Part shown: piece after piece, positions 17,033 through 27,640 of the stretch
How the letters are laid out: every line of letters starts with the position of its first letter
How positions within the stretch are numbered: the first letter of the stretch is position 1
Source: a virus
Reading direction: 5' to 3' (one strand)
Length of the DNA stretch: 64,000 nucleotides
IMG/VR virus record: IMGVR_UViG_3300005747_000263
Coordinates: 10,012 to 74,011 of that record
The notes under the pieces: generated by a model
What the model was told of the DNA's origin: nothing
Database searches by the model: none
The model's input: only the letters and a program-made list of their open reading frames with translations
Made by a program: the position numbers and the translations under genes

Positions 17033-17467
17033 ATGGCTTACGACTTTGATACCGATATCATTAATTTCACGCGCTACGATGACGTAGACGCACCAATTCT
17101 TGCTTGGGCTATTAGGTTAGCTAAGACTATTTATATCTGCGGTAATCCTGCGGATTACGACGAAGACGAAAGTGATGTCGATAATATCCTCGTCGCCATG
17201 TTGGCGAGCGGTTTTATTACGATGTATGCGAACGGTGTTTCCGTTGCAGTTGATTTCTCTCTTGACGAATTAAGCGTCAAGGAGGATGCCGGTGTTTCTC
17301 CCGAAGGTAAATTCTTCGATATGTTTTATCACTGGCTTAACATGTATAAGCGTCGTGGTTGCGCATTACAATATGCAGATGCTACAAGTTTACTTGCTGT
17401 TACTGCTTTCGTCCCAGTTGATTTCGTGAATGACATTATTGCTGTACCGGTTAACGGAGACCAGTAG
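17033..17467 (+). CDS. putative head-tail adaptor
   Basis: Position after the MCP; helical start with a DFSLDELSV beta hairpin. Confidence 0.55.
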   Translation: MAYDFDTDIINFTRYDDVDAPILAWAIRLAKTIYICGNPADYDEDESDVDNILVAMLASGFITMYANGVSVAVDFSLDELSVKEDAGVSPEGKFFDMFYHWLNMYKRRGCALQYADATSLLAVTAFVPVDFVNDIIAVPVNGDQ

Positions 17468-17469
17468 TC

Positions 17470-17850
17470 ATGAGTGAGATTGAGTCTCGTTTGAGAGAAT
17501 TAGATAATCGTATTAGTCTATACCAAGGGGACTTGACTTCTTTGAAAGCTACAGTTAGTCATATTGAAGGTAAAGCCGAAGCTATTAAGGACGACCACCA
17601 GAAGCATCTTATTGAGGCCATGGAAGACCGTACTAGAATGCGCGAACACATTCATGATTCGAGAGACCATGAATTAGATGTGCATAAAATTTTACATGGT
17701 AACGGTAAGCCGGGTCTAATGAGAGATGTTGAAACTAATAAGAATAATATTGATAAGTTATTCTTCCAGATGAAAGTTTCTCACGGAATGCTTTTTGGTA
17801 ATTTACTAGCTCTTACGGTTCTATTGATGAAATCATTTGGTGTACTATAG
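17470..17850 (+). CDS. coiled-coil protein with C-terminal transmembrane helix
   Basis: Heptad N-terminus, LHGNGKPGL, hydrophobic C-terminus. Confidence 0.6.
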   Translation: MSEIESRLRELDNRISLYQGDLTSLKATVSHIEGKAEAIKDDHQKHLIEAMEDRTRMREHIHDSRDHELDVHKILHGNGKPGLMRDVETNKNNIDKLFFQMKVSHGMLFGNLLALTVLLMKSFGVL

Positions 17851-18051
17851 ATGGCGTTAATCACTAATTTAACGTGGAAGAAATTAATTTTCGTTGTTCT
17901 ATTAGTGTGTCCCATGATTTTTGCTTTAATTGCGTATCCATTCTTTTACGTCGAAGCATTGCAACCTGCTATTAGTATTCTTAGTGGATTGTTAGGCTTT
18001 ACTATGCGGGAGTTGTTCGAGACGGCTAAAGACGGCAAGGGGGAGCTTTAG
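17851..18051 (+). CDS. small two-TM membrane protein (holin-like)
   Basis: Two hydrophobic helices and a charged C-terminus. Confidence 0.5.
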   Translation: MALITNLTWKKLIFVVLLVCPMIFALIAYPFFYVEALQPAISILSGLLGFTMRELFETAKDGKGEL

Positions 18052-19842
18052 ATGGGTGTTGACCACTTTGAGACTAATGAAGTCCATGTTTTAGATACTA
18101 CTTCTACGAGGGTTAATCCTGCCACGGAGGAGACTCTTCAGGCGGTAGTGGATGCTGTTGATGGTTTAGAACTTAGTGCTGACACCATTAATATCAACTT
18201 AGAGGACCTTGAGACTCTAGTCGCCGCCACAAATGCCGCCATAGCCTCCCTGGAGGCCGCTAACGACCTTTCTGGCGACGATGTGGTGTCTGCTATCCAA
18301 ACGGCACAAAGTGCCTTAGAAGCCGCCCTAGGGGCCCTACAAGCCAGTAACGAGACACATTCCGACGAGGAGCAAGCGGCTATTGCTTCTTTGGAAGCCG
18401 CAGTGGCCGCGTTCCACACTGCCTTCGATGTGCGGGACCTCGCCACGGAGACTACCCTCGCCGACCTCCTCGCATCCACGGGTGATGAAACCGATGCCGA
18501 AGCAACGGCTGACGGTTCAGTCATCGCTATCCTGAAGCGCATTCGAACGCGCCTCGACCAATCCATCACGGACTTCAACGCGGAAGACTTCGCGTCGGAG
18601 ACCACTCTCGGCGCATTCAAAGCTGCAAACAATGCAGACATTCAGGCCCTCATTGCGGCCAACGACATTTCAGGTGACGATATCGTCACTGCCATCCAAG
18701 CCCTCGAAGCGGCCAGCGATGCCTCGGGCGATGACATTGTCACGGCAATCAATGACTGTTGTGTCACCATCGAAGCAAGCCTCACTGCAATCGAGGCAAG
18801 CGTTGACGCATTCAAGGCCGCCTTTGATGCCCGTGACTTGGCAACTGAAACAACGTTGGCGGATGCACGTGATAACATTGAGGACATTCGTGCCCGGTGG
18901 GTGGGTGGCTACAGCACTTCGGTTGGTGATGGTCACAGTGGAGGCGGCGCTCTTCGAACTGAGGGGCACAACTACGGCTACAACGGCGCCGACTGGGACC
19001 GTTTGCGCTCAAGCATTGCGAACGGCCTTGAAGTGGATGCCACCATTCTTCGTAGCGCCCCAACGATTGAGAGTGGGTTGAGTGATGTCGAAACCTCTGT
19101 CGATGAACTCAAGGCCCAGAATCTCACCAAGCACGACTCCATCATCTCGGAGTTGCAGGACGTTGAAGCCGACATTGAGGCATTCAAGGCGGAGGCTCAC
19201 GCCGATTCGCTTGACACGCAAGCCGCAGTGGACGAACTTAAGGCAGTCAACCAAGCCGAATTCGACGCAACACAAACCCTGCTCCAGACGGAGTTCGATG
19301 AGACTCAAGCTGCAATTGTAGCAGCCTCTGCTCAGAACGGTTTGGACCTCCAAGATGTGGAGGATGCCGTTGATGAATTGAAGGCTGTGAATCAGGCAGA
19401 GTTTGATGCAACCCAGGCTCTACTGCAAGCAGAGTTCGATGCCACTCAAACCCTTCTACAAACTGAGTTTGACGAAACCCAGACTGCCATCTCTAACGCT
19501 TCCGCTCAAAACAGCGCCGACCTCCAATCCATCGAGGACAATCAGACGGATGGCTCGCAAATAACTCAAGTCATCCTCCCTACACTTGAAGAAGCAATGA
19601 AGGTCAAGTTGGACTTGACGTACAAGTGGAAGAGTGCCAAGACTATTGTTGGTACAACTAAGACAACTTACACGGCTTCCGCGCCGGTTGGGACCGCAAC
19701 GAGTGCCGCGTTGTGGGTAGTGGTTCGTATCATTGAAGACCTCGCCACAGGTGACTCCCAGATTGAAGGTCGCGCTAACATTGCTTATGATAATCGCGCC
19801 GACCCCACGATTGACGGTGAAGCGGCATGGGAGGCATTGTAG
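18052..19842 (+). CDS. coiled-coil fibre-like virion protein
   Basis: Repeated DLATETTLA, SGDDIVTAI and DELKAVNQAEFDATQ units; globular C-terminal domain. Confidence 0.65.
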   Translation: MGVDHFETNEVHVLDTTSTRVNPATEETLQAVVDAVDGLELSADTININLEDLETLVAATNAAIASLEAANDLSGDDVVSAIQTAQSALEAALGALQASNETHSDEEQAAIASLEAAVAAFHTAFDVRDLATETTLADLLASTGDETDAEATADGSVIAILKRIRTRLDQSITDFNAEDFASETTLGAFKAANNADIQALIAANDISGDDIVTAIQALEAASDASGDDIVTAINDCCVTIEASLTAIEASVDAFKAAFDARDLATETTLADARDNIEDIRARWVGGYSTSVGDGHSGGGALRTEGHNYGYNGADWDRLRSSIANGLEVDATILRSAPTIESGLSDVETSVDELKAQNLTKHDSIISELQDVEADIEAFKAEAHADSLDTQAAVDELKAVNQAEFDATQTLLQTEFDETQAAIVAASAQNGLDLQDVEDAVDELKAVNQAEFDATQALLQAEFDATQTLLQTEFDETQTAISNASAQNSADLQSIEDNQTDGSQITQVILPTLEEAMKVKLDLTYKWKSAKTIVGTTKTTYTASAPVGTATSAALWVVVRIIEDLATGDSQIEGRANIAYDNRADPTIDGEAAWEAL

Positions 19843-19997
19843 TGCCGCTCAAACTCGCCGCAGTCTGCGTGAATTGCTCCGATGGCGCAAGCCCACCCAT
19901 GGCTTTCTCTAGCAATTTGGATGCAACCCAACACCTCACGGATAACCCATACCACATCATTGTCAGTCGCGCACTTATTCATGAGGAGGAAGAATAG
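19842..19997 (+). CDS. 51-aa C2H2-like mini protein (not in ORF track)
   Basis: GTG overlapping the upstream TAG; MPLKLAAVCVNC...QHLTDNPYH...EEEE; stop abuts the next ATG. Confidence 0.55.
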   Translation: MPLKLAAVCVNCSDGASPPMAFSSNLDATQHLTDNPYHIIVSRALIHEEEE

Positions 19998-22900
19998 ATG
20001 GCGAACTACAAGGGTGAAGCCTACTGCACTTCCACAAACCTGACAGGAGCGGTTCACTTCAAACTCACCACGGACTCGGGTGGCACTTTCAGCGGTACTC
20101 GTGCCGACCGAAGCACTTGGGAACTGAACGCAGGGGCATCCGTCACGCTCTACTTCTACCGTGGAACCACGGGGACTCTCCCTCCCGCTCTACCGGATGG
20201 TGACGGCGGGGACTTGGTGAGACTCCGAGTCTATCATGAAACGGGCACGGGCACGCTCGTCCGTGAATTATTCACGGGGACTTCACCACCAGCGAACGGT
20301 ACGTCATACACATTCTATGCAACCAGCAATGGTCTTATAGGTGGCTCCCCTCGAGCCGGTACCCTTCGGCTACGCATTGAAGCCATCCAATCCGGTGAAT
20401 TGCTGGACAACTACAACATCGACAGTGACACGCAAGACCAAGGTGTCCTTCGATGCAATCAAGTCACTCCAGACACCAAACTCGTCCACGACGGCTACCC
20501 CAGCGGTTCCACTTACGCCATCGGTCCAGCCAGCACTGAGAGCGTCGGCATCACATTCACCCACGACCCACCCTTCGGCACTGGCGCGCATCAAGACATG
20601 CGCATTGATGTCCTTGATGCGGGGGCGGTTCAATTCGCGGGAACCCAACAAGACTTGGTGGGTACATCATCCACGCTGTCTGTCCCCGTGAACACCGCGA
20701 ACTTCGACGACACCAGTAAAGCATACGGCCTCCGAGTCACGCCCATTGGTGCGGCGCTACTGCAACCAACCAGTGAAGGCTCCATGCTGTGGTGTCGCTT
20801 CGGGTCAGGCACGGGTACGACGCAGAACGGCAACTCCGTTGAACGCGCAAGTGGTGTATTCAACGTTGACCCCCGCGTCACCGTCCCGTCCCCGACCCTG
20901 TCTAAGTCCCTCCACAACCGAGGCGACAGCACGACAATTGATTACAACGTCAGGAACGCTCGGAATGAAAACCTCACTCGCTCCCTGAACTACGTCCTCA
21001 AGGACAGCGGTGGAACTACACGCAAGAGTGGCTCCGACAGCGGCGCGAACTACGACATTGACTACACCATTGGCTCCGCAGATGCGGCGGCCTTTGACTT
21101 TGTCGGCTCCCAATGGACGTTCGAGACGAGCAACTCTGAATTCACTACTGTCACCTCTAACGCCTACAGGGTCAGCCGCAAGGTGATGATTGGTTCCGGT
21201 GTTGGCTCCAATAATCTTTCAATTAATACGAACTTCGAGGTATACAATCGCGGTGAGACCGTCACCTATGACTTCTACGTCAGCGCCGCCGATGGCACTG
21301 CCTACACGCGCACCGTTACCGCCGAAGTCCACAACACAGCACACGGCGTCGAGAACCAACGCAGTGAATCCAACGGCGACGGGCACTTCCAAGATTCCTA
21401 TGTTGTTGCCAGCGGTGATACTGCGACGGGTGACCAAACGGGCTCATTAAAGCACATTGAGATTGACCCCAACGGCACGGGCGGTAACAGTGCCGACGCG
21501 TCTGCCGCAGAGTGGGGCGTAAGCACCCTTCGCGTCATTCACAGCACAGCAACACTTCCCAGTGGCAACCCCGCCAACGCAGACAACACGGTGTCAATCG
21601 TTACCACGACGAGTGACGACGGTGGGGGTGGCGACCGTTCGCTACTGAATGTCCTTGAGACGGCACAGATTGACTACTACCTTTATGGGGTTCGAGGACA
21701 GGCGTGGCCCTTCAGTTTTAACAGTCGCATCATCGCAGCCGATGGCAGCACCGACTTTACGGATGTCCGCACTCCCAGTGGTGCTGGTCTCGTGTCCTAC
21801 ACGCGCACGATGGCGAACGGTGTTGAATCCGCATTCGACCTCGTTGGTGATGCCAAGCACATTCGCGCCGACAGCAGTGACTCTAACGACACCGTGAACA
21901 GCGCCGATGCCGCCGCCGTATCAAGCAAGATTCTCATTGGCTCCGCCGCTGGCCTTGATGACGGGGACCTCGTCATTGAAGTCGGCTCCGTTGGCAGTGG
22001 CGACGATGCAACAATGAGTGGCGTCTACCCCACCGCCATCTTCAACCGTGACAGTGGCGAAGCAGACGTTGCCATCAGCACCTACCTATCCTACGCCCGT
22101 CTCACCAAGTATGCCAATCAAACAGTGAGCAGTGCAGTCCACTCCGATGTTCACGGTGTGGAAGATTCGCAGACACCCACGACGGATGCCAACGGTCTGC
22201 TTGCTTACACTTACACCATTGCCAACACCGACAAGGCCACCGCGCACGTTGAGAAATCCACGGGTGGCTACAGTACCCTGCCGACTGGCTCGCCCAAACA
22301 CCTCACCATCACGGACGGCGACAACACTACCATTGACAGCGACGAAGCGTGGGGTGTCACGAAGCACCTATGGGTGGATGTTCACGACGAGCGTGAGGAA
22401 CCTCTCAATAGGGACACATGGAACCCCGCTGACCCCAGTGATGGCTCCGAGAACGCAGAGGAAGAACCGTTCCAATACGTTATTCTTGGTGATACTCTCA
22501 AGGTATGGGCTCATGTCATGTCGGTTCGCCTCGACCGCGAAATCGAGACATGGGATGGGGACACAGGCTCCTATCCAGCGAATCGCGCAGTGCGTCTCCG
22601 CACAATCAAACCCAGTGGTTCCGTCAACGCCACCATGCTCACGGACACGGGCATTGATGGCTGGACGAGTGGCGTGGACGAAGCCGAGACCGGTGAACTC
22701 AATGGCGCCACAGACCCAATGGTTGTTGAGGAAACCTACGAGACATTCTCTAGCGGTACCGACCAAATCACATTGACTGGCGTGGATGCCGTGAAGGGCA
22801 ACCGCTACATCATCTTCTCCAGCAACGGCTCCGCACCCGTAGACATCACGGGCATCACTGGCATGGGATTCACTTGGGTCCAAGTCGATGCCCAAGAATC

Positions 22901-23921
22901 TACTAATAACAGTGGTCGCTTGGAGGCTTGGATTTCCGAAGGCGCATTCACTGGTGCTGAGAACATCGTCATCGACTACAGTGGCGTGTTCCAAGACTGC
23001 GCCGTCACCCTCGTCCGTGTTAGTGGCGGTGACGTAAGTGAACCCGTCCTTGACTTCACGGGTGATTCACAGAACGGTAGCTCTTGGAGCCTCCCCACCT
23101 TGACTGGTGACACTGGCACGGGCATCGTCGTCGTGGGTGTGAACGGCAACGACAAAGATACCGTCACGATGTCCGCCCCACTCGCTAAGGAATCCGACAA
23201 CCCCGGAGCAGGTAGTGAAACCGCTCTCGGTGTCGGCGCATTCACGGCGCAAGCTGACAACAGCACCAGTGGTTCATTCAGTGCACCCGGTAGCACTCGC
23301 TGGCAAGCTATCGCCGTCAGCCTACGAGCAGGAGACAGCGACGACCCCAACAGTGGTCTCAACTTCAACCGACCATGGAATCAGGAAACGGGCAGCATGA
23401 CTCCCGCTTCAAGCAACTGGCAGGTATGCGCCGAAGTGGATTTCGACGGCAACTCGGGTAGAGCGTGTGACCTCATCACGATTGCGTCTCCTCTCATCAC
23501 CAGCAAGGCTCGCATCTTCGCACCGGCAACGGTGTCGCCAGCCGAGACATTCAAGGTCTACGTCGAAGTGCTGGACAAAGCCATCGCCAGCGGTGAGGTA
23601 TTCGCCACATTCCAACCCGCCACCCCCGAGAAGCCCCCTGAACTTGGCGGTTTAGTGGTCGAGGAAGACAGTCCAGACTACGTCGATGACAGTGTTATTG
23701 CTCGTGAGGTGGACAAGAACGGAGAATCCATGAAGAACGTAATCGACGACACAGCCACAGTGAATGGCTCCCTCTACTACCTCGAAGTGACGGCTCCCGC
23801 GATTCCGGGAACTGTCATTAACTGGTTCGCCGTCGTAGCCCTTGGTGGCGACGCTTTCACGAATGGACAAACCCGCGTGACTGCACCAGAGTTCAACCCA
23901 CTAGGAGAGATTTTCGCATGA
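19998..23921 (+). CDS. large beta-rich virion protein with Ig/MG-like repeats
   Basis: 1307 aa, Thr/Gly/Ser/Asp-rich; repeats such as HNRGDSTTIDY and YNRGETVTYDF. Confidence 0.7.
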   Translation: MANYKGEAYCTSTNLTGAVHFKLTTDSGGTFSGTRADRSTWELNAGASVTLYFYRGTTGTLPPALPDGDGGDLVRLRVYHETGTGTLVRELFTGTSPPANGTSYTFYATSNGLIGGSPRAGTLRLRIEAIQSGELLDNYNIDSDTQDQGVLRCNQVTPDTKLVHDGYPSGSTYAIGPASTESVGITFTHDPPFGTGAHQDMRIDVLDAGAVQFAGTQQDLVGTSSTLSVPVNTANFDDTSKAYGLRVTPIGAALLQPTSEGSMLWCRFGSGTGTTQNGNSVERASGVFNVDPRVTVPSPTLSKSLHNRGDSTTIDYNVRNARNENLTRSLNYVLKDSGGTTRKSGSDSGANYDIDYTIGSADAAAFDFVGSQWTFETSNSEFTTVTSNAYRVSRKVMIGSGVGSNNLSINTNFEVYNRGETVTYDFYVSAADGTAYTRTVTAEVHNTAHGVENQRSESNGDGHFQDSYVVASGDTATGDQTGSLKHIEIDPNGTGGNSADASAAEWGVSTLRVIHSTATLPSGNPANADNTVSIVTTTSDDGGGGDRSLLNVLETAQIDYYLYGVRGQAWPFSFNSRIIAADGSTDFTDVRTPSGAGLVSYTRTMANGVESAFDLVGDAKHIRADSSDSNDTVNSADAAAVSSKILIGSAAGLDDGDLVIEVGSVGSGDDATMSGVYPTAIFNRDSGEADVAISTYLSYARLTKYANQTVSSAVHSDVHGVEDSQTPTTDANGLLAYTYTIANTDKATAHVEKSTGGYSTLPTGSPKHLTITDGDNTTIDSDEAWGVTKHLWVDVHDEREEPLNRDTWNPADPSDGSENAEEEPFQYVILGDTLKVWAHVMSVRLDREIETWDGDTGSYPANRAVRLRTIKPSGSVNATMLTDTGIDGWTSGVDEAETGELNGATDPMVVEETYETFSSGTDQITLTGVDAVKGNRYIIFSSNGSAPVDITGITGMGFTWVQVDAQESTNNSGRLEAWISEGAFTGAENIVIDYSGVFQDCAVTLVRVSGGDVSEPVLDFTGDSQNGSSWSLPTLTGDTGTGIVVVGVNGNDKDTVTMSAPLAKESDNPGAGSETALGVGAFTAQADNSTSGSFSAPGSTRWQAIAVSLRAGDSDDPNSGLNFNRPWNQETGSMTPASSNWQVCAEVDFDGNSGRACDLITIASPLITSKARIFAPATVSPAETFKVYVEVLDKAIASGEVFATFQPATPEKPPELGGLVVEEDSPDYVDDSVIAREVDKNGESMKNVIDDTATVNGSLYYLEVTAPAIPGTVINWFAVVALGGDAFTNGQTRVTAPEFNPLGEIFA

Positions 23922-24454
23922 TTAGTAACGATGAATACCCATTCTGGGCACGATGGTACGTCAATCGCACACTAGAGTCGGATATCACCGATGTTGACTA
24001 CGTTATCCAAGAGTACGACCCCGATACAGATGCATTCGTTACTGTTGATTCCGGTAATATCGCTACACGCGATGCGCGTGGACGATGGATTGCTCCATTT
24101 ACATTCCCTACAGATACAGTTAATATCGTATACTACGCAGAGTACACGCCGAACGGTGGGGACCATCCCGTTTTAAGTGAAGAAGTTACGACAGACGATG
24201 GTGTAGTATTTGCAACACAAGGTGGCGCGGGTACGGAAGAATATTCTGGATGCGTTAAAGATAAATCCGGAGCACCCATTGAGGGTGCATTAGTTAAAGC
24301 TGTGTTTTACGGTACGGTTAATACTGCCGCGAGTGATTTAACAGATATTAATGGGGACTTTACTTTAACGGGTTTGTATGATGGTGTTGCGTACACTATT
24401 ACTGCTAACGCGGATGGGTTTACCGGTAAGATTGCGGATAAGGTGGTTATTTAA
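23918..24454 (+). CDS. Ig-like protein with carboxypeptidase-regulatory-like domain
   Basis: SGCVKDKSGAPIEGALV...TDINGDFTLTGL...YTITANADGF. Confidence 0.7.
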   Translation: MISNDEYPFWARWYVNRTLESDITDVDYVIQEYDPDTDAFVTVDSGNIATRDARGRWIAPFTFPTDTVNIVYYAEYTPNGGDHPVLSEEVTTDDGVVFATQGGAGTEEYSGCVKDKSGAPIEGALVKAVFYGTVNTAASDLTDINGDFTLTGLYDGVAYTITANADGFTGKIADKVVI

Positions 24455-24922
24455 ATGGTTTGTATTATTCTTGACCCAGTAGGTAATATTACTCTTTCGA
24501 ATCAAGGTGATTCGGTTAGTTGTACTAGAGTTCGTAATATTCTACGCAAGCATATTGTTCGCAATTCTACTTGTCTAACTCGTTCCCGCAATGATATCAC
24601 TAAGGATGCTATCGGTAATGTTACTGATATCAGTAAGGATACTTTATTAATTGATTGTATTCCTTTTGACATTTTCTCTTCGTATAATTTGAGGTCTAGC
24701 GGTGTTAGTCGCAAGACTGATACTGGTACGAGTAAGAAGGAGACTCCTCGGTGTTATATCATGTATGATACGGATGTTTTACCGGGGGATTATATCTTAG
24801 TCGATTACGACACAGACCTCGATACTTGGTCTGCTAAGTATTTGGTTGAGGAAGTTGAGCAGCACCACTTTAAGAAGTGTGTTGTGTTTAACACTATTTA
24901 TTTGAAGAAGGTTGAGAATTAA
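24455..24922 (+). CDS. putative head-closure protein
   Basis: KDAIGN, TDVLPGDYI, YLVEEV pattern; position before neck and terminator genes. Confidence 0.6.
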   Translation: MVCIILDPVGNITLSNQGDSVSCTRVRNILRKHIVRNSTCLTRSRNDITKDAIGNVTDISKDTLLIDCIPFDIFSSYNLRSSGVSRKTDTGTSKKETPRCYIMYDTDVLPGDYILVDYDTDLDTWSAKYLVEEVEQHHFKKCVVFNTIYLKKVEN

Positions 24923-25596
24923 TGCCGTCATTCACTAGTGGTTCCGAAATTACTAAGCCTACTGAGGAGAAGCGTCCTTTCTTCGTATTCGGTAGACCCG
25001 GTAAGTCGCCCCCTAGTGGTATGCGCGGCGCTGGCATGTTCTGGGAGAAGGGTATGCAAGCGGGTATGCAGGGTGCTAGTCGGTTCTTTGCTAATAAGAT
25101 TAGTGTTGCGAATCGTCGATTGGAGTCTGTCCAGTACGCGATGAATACGAAGGGTAACGCATCTATTAAGGCTGGTATTGATATTCGGGCTGTTCAGAAT
25201 CTTGATATTGAGTTGACTAAGTATTCCCGTCAAATTCCTAAGTTCCTTATGGAATCGTTTGCGGCTTCCACTAGCGTTGCGCACGCGGAGTTTAGTAAGG
25301 CATTGGATGCTAAGGCGTATAAGTTTGCAAACGATGGTGTTAGAAGTTCTGATAAACAGATTCGTAGCACTTCTGATTGGAAGAATGTTACTAGTTATGT
25401 TGTGTCTCGCGGTGGACGCGGGAGTAATGAAGTGTCAATGAGTATTAATGTTCGCGCAAATGCTACTACTTTATCATTGATGCGCGGTGCCAACTTTGGC
25501 TTAAGGGCCGCAGGTGATGGTGAACAGCCTCGCTTTAGTTACGATGCTGCTGGCAACCCTGTCGCATGGAAGGGTCTTACGGAGAAGAATAAATGA
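24922..25596 (+). CDS. putative neck/tail-completion protein
   Basis: Basic protein at the HK97-gp10-like position; position-based call. Confidence 0.45.
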   Translation: MPSFTSGSEITKPTEEKRPFFVFGRPGKSPPSGMRGAGMFWEKGMQAGMQGASRFFANKISVANRRLESVQYAMNTKGNASIKAGIDIRAVQNLDIELTKYSRQIPKFLMESFAASTSVAHAEFSKALDAKAYKFANDGVRSSDKQIRSTSDWKNVTSYVVSRGGRGSNEVSMSINVRANATTLSLMRGANFGLRAAGDGEQPRFSYDAAGNPVAWKGLTEKNK

Positions 25597-26036
25597 CGAT
25601 TAAAGAAGATTTCCTTGAAAACTTCAGGGCGGAATTACAGACGGAACTCGACACATTGCTTAGCGGCGAGTCTACCGTTGTTCAAGAATTTAACGATGCG
25701 GCAGAAGTTTTCCCTACTACTATTGTTAACTTCCAGACCGGTAACAGTCCTTACAGATACGTAGGCGGTCGCAGACGCGCAGTTGTTAACATCTTAATTA
25801 GCAATTTAGCTATTCGTCCTACGGACTCAAGTCATATCATTACTTGTTCCGATGCAGTTGTTCGTAGCGGTAGAACTCTCGTGGAGTATCTCTGCGTTAA
25901 GATTTTTAATCATTTAGAGAGATATCAACCGTCTTTCTCGTATGTCGATAATAATGTCGATATGCGTATTAATATGGACTTTGAGGAGCGCGATGACGTT
26001 TACAAGTCCGAAGTCGAATATCAGTTACTAGTTTAA
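25593..26036 (+). CDS. putative tail terminator
   Basis: FPTTIV motif; directly before the tail tube genes. Confidence 0.55.
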   Translation: MTIKEDFLENFRAELQTELDTLLSGESTVVQEFNDAAEVFPTTIVNFQTGNSPYRYVGGRRRAVVNILISNLAIRPTDSSHIITCSDAVVRSGRTLVEYLCVKIFNHLERYQPSFSYVDNNVDMRINMDFEERDDVYKSEVEYQLLV

Positions 26037-26073
26037 CATAAATTAATGATATTCGGCACTAGGGAGAATATAC

Positions 26074-26904
26074 ATGGCTAATAAGAAATACATTCATGGT
26101 AGCGAACTCCGCATTTACAAGAATGGGGAATATCTCGGTACGTTAACTAGTGCTAGTTTGAATGCAACACAGAATACTATCGACCGTCAATATATTGGCG
26201 ATTACGATACTACCACGATTGCTACTAATAAATCATACGAGGGTACCCTGGACCGGGACATGTTCGATGAATCATTCGTCGAATTAGTCATTGGTAATCA
26301 AGTTACTTCCTTGTCTACTGTAAGCAATTACACTCTGGACCCCGATACGGTCAAGGCGACCGTTAATTCCGGGTCCGATGAGGATATCTCGTTCACTACT
26401 CCTAATGTTACTGGCTTAACTGTTCAGGCTGTAGTGTTTAACGCCGTGAAAGTTGGTTCTTTTGCTGGCGGCTTGGACATTGAGATTTGGGAGGGGCTGG
26501 CTGGTTCCGGCACTTTGAAGGCTACCTTCAGTTGCGAGGCTGGTGAATTACCGGTTCTGGATAATGAGTTCCTTACGACAACCCTCGATGAAGCCGATGA
26601 AGTTGCATTGACGGCTAATACCGCTCACACTATTCGATTCACACCTGCTGGCGCTCCCACGGGAGACGTTAACCTTTACGGCAACTCTACTGAGACGGAG
26701 CCTTATTTCGCTATTCAATACGAAATGGCTACTACGGAGCCAGCCGATTACACTATTGATATTGTATTACCACTGGCTGACGGTTCGGAAACTATTTTCC
26801 GCGCTACGAATATTACTTTCACTTCCAATGGTATCAATATGTCTTCAGGAGAATTAATCACTGAAGCAATGGCTTTCAAGGCCAAGAACGTAACTGTTCT
26901 ATAA
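26074..26904 (+). CDS. tail tube protein 1 (with inserted domain)
   Basis: SASLNATQNT...IG...YEGTL tube pattern, GELITEAMAF C-terminus, ~140-aa insertion. Confidence 0.7.
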   Translation: MANKKYIHGSELRIYKNGEYLGTLTSASLNATQNTIDRQYIGDYDTTTIATNKSYEGTLDRDMFDESFVELVIGNQVTSLSTVSNYTLDPDTVKATVNSGSDEDISFTTPNVTGLTVQAVVFNAVKVGSFAGGLDIEIWEGLAGSGTLKATFSCEAGELPVLDNEFLTTTLDEADEVALTANTAHTIRFTPAGAPTGDVNLYGNSTETEPYFAIQYEMATTEPADYTIDIVLPLADGSETIFRATNITFTSNGINMSSGELITEAMAFKAKNVTVL

Positions 26905-26922
26905 TTTGTTGGAGATAAATAA

Positions 26923-27486
26923 ATGGCGAATAAGACTTACTACAAGGCAGACAATGTTGTTCTGACCATTGAAGATGCCGCTGTTACGGGCAAAGCTTAT
27001 CAGTTGGCGGATTTCGCCGCTACTGAGATTGGCTCCGGTAACCTTGGTTTTTTCTGGAACGTGAACAGCATCAGTTTCACTGCCACACAAAACACTGTTG
27101 ATAAAGGACATGTCGGTACCGATGAAATGGACCACATTGCCACGAACAAGACCTACGAAGCATCTATTGACATGGACTTCTACAGCGCTGACGCTGACGT
27201 TACCCTTGTCGATGGCGGTACGACCTACCACGCTGTTGACCCAGTTAGTATTGCTAAGCAAGTCATTGACGGCTTGGGCGAAAAGTACACTGGCGTCCTT
27301 TACATTGGTTGCGACCTCGGTACTGATAACGCTAACAGCGAGGAAGACTATGCTCTCCCCAGCACTGCGGCTCTTAGTATTCAACTCGATGAAGTAATGT
27401 TCACGAGTCTGCCCACGACTTACACGGCTGGCGAAATCACTACGATTAGCATTCCCTTGAAGGTCAAGAGCAGCGCAATCCTATAA
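26923..27486 (+). CDS. tail tube protein 2 (major tail protein)
   Basis: Paralogue of 26074 (ATQNTVD, IATNKTYE, AGEITT); terminator follows. Confidence 0.7.
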   Translation: MANKTYYKADNVVLTIEDAAVTGKAYQLADFAATEIGSGNLGFFWNVNSISFTATQNTVDKGHVGTDEMDHIATNKTYEASIDMDFYSADADVTLVDGGTTYHAVDPVSIAKQVIDGLGEKYTGVLYIGCDLGTDNANSEEDYALPSTAALSIQLDEVMFTSLPTTYTAGEITTISIPLKVKSSAIL

Positions 27487-27524
27487 TACTGGTCATCCAG
27501 TATTCCCTTTTCCCTTCCTTCTCT
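27485..27524 (+). terminator. hairpin plus pyrimidine tract
   Basis: AATACTGG-TCAT-CCAGTATT then CCCTTTTCCCTTCCTTCTCT. Confidence 0.65.
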
Positions 27525-27640
27525 CAGAAGGCGTTTAAACGCCGTCTAACGGGATATCTTTTTTTCCCTACCCACGGGGTCCCGTGTGGGTATTAATGCG
27601 CTTAGACGCAGGATATGGGGCCTTAGAATCGATTAAAACG
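27522..27640. repeat. phased ~100-bp element, copy C
   Basis: AAACGCCGTCTAAC ... CTTAGAC ... GGGGCCTTAGAATCGATT. Confidence 0.55.
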
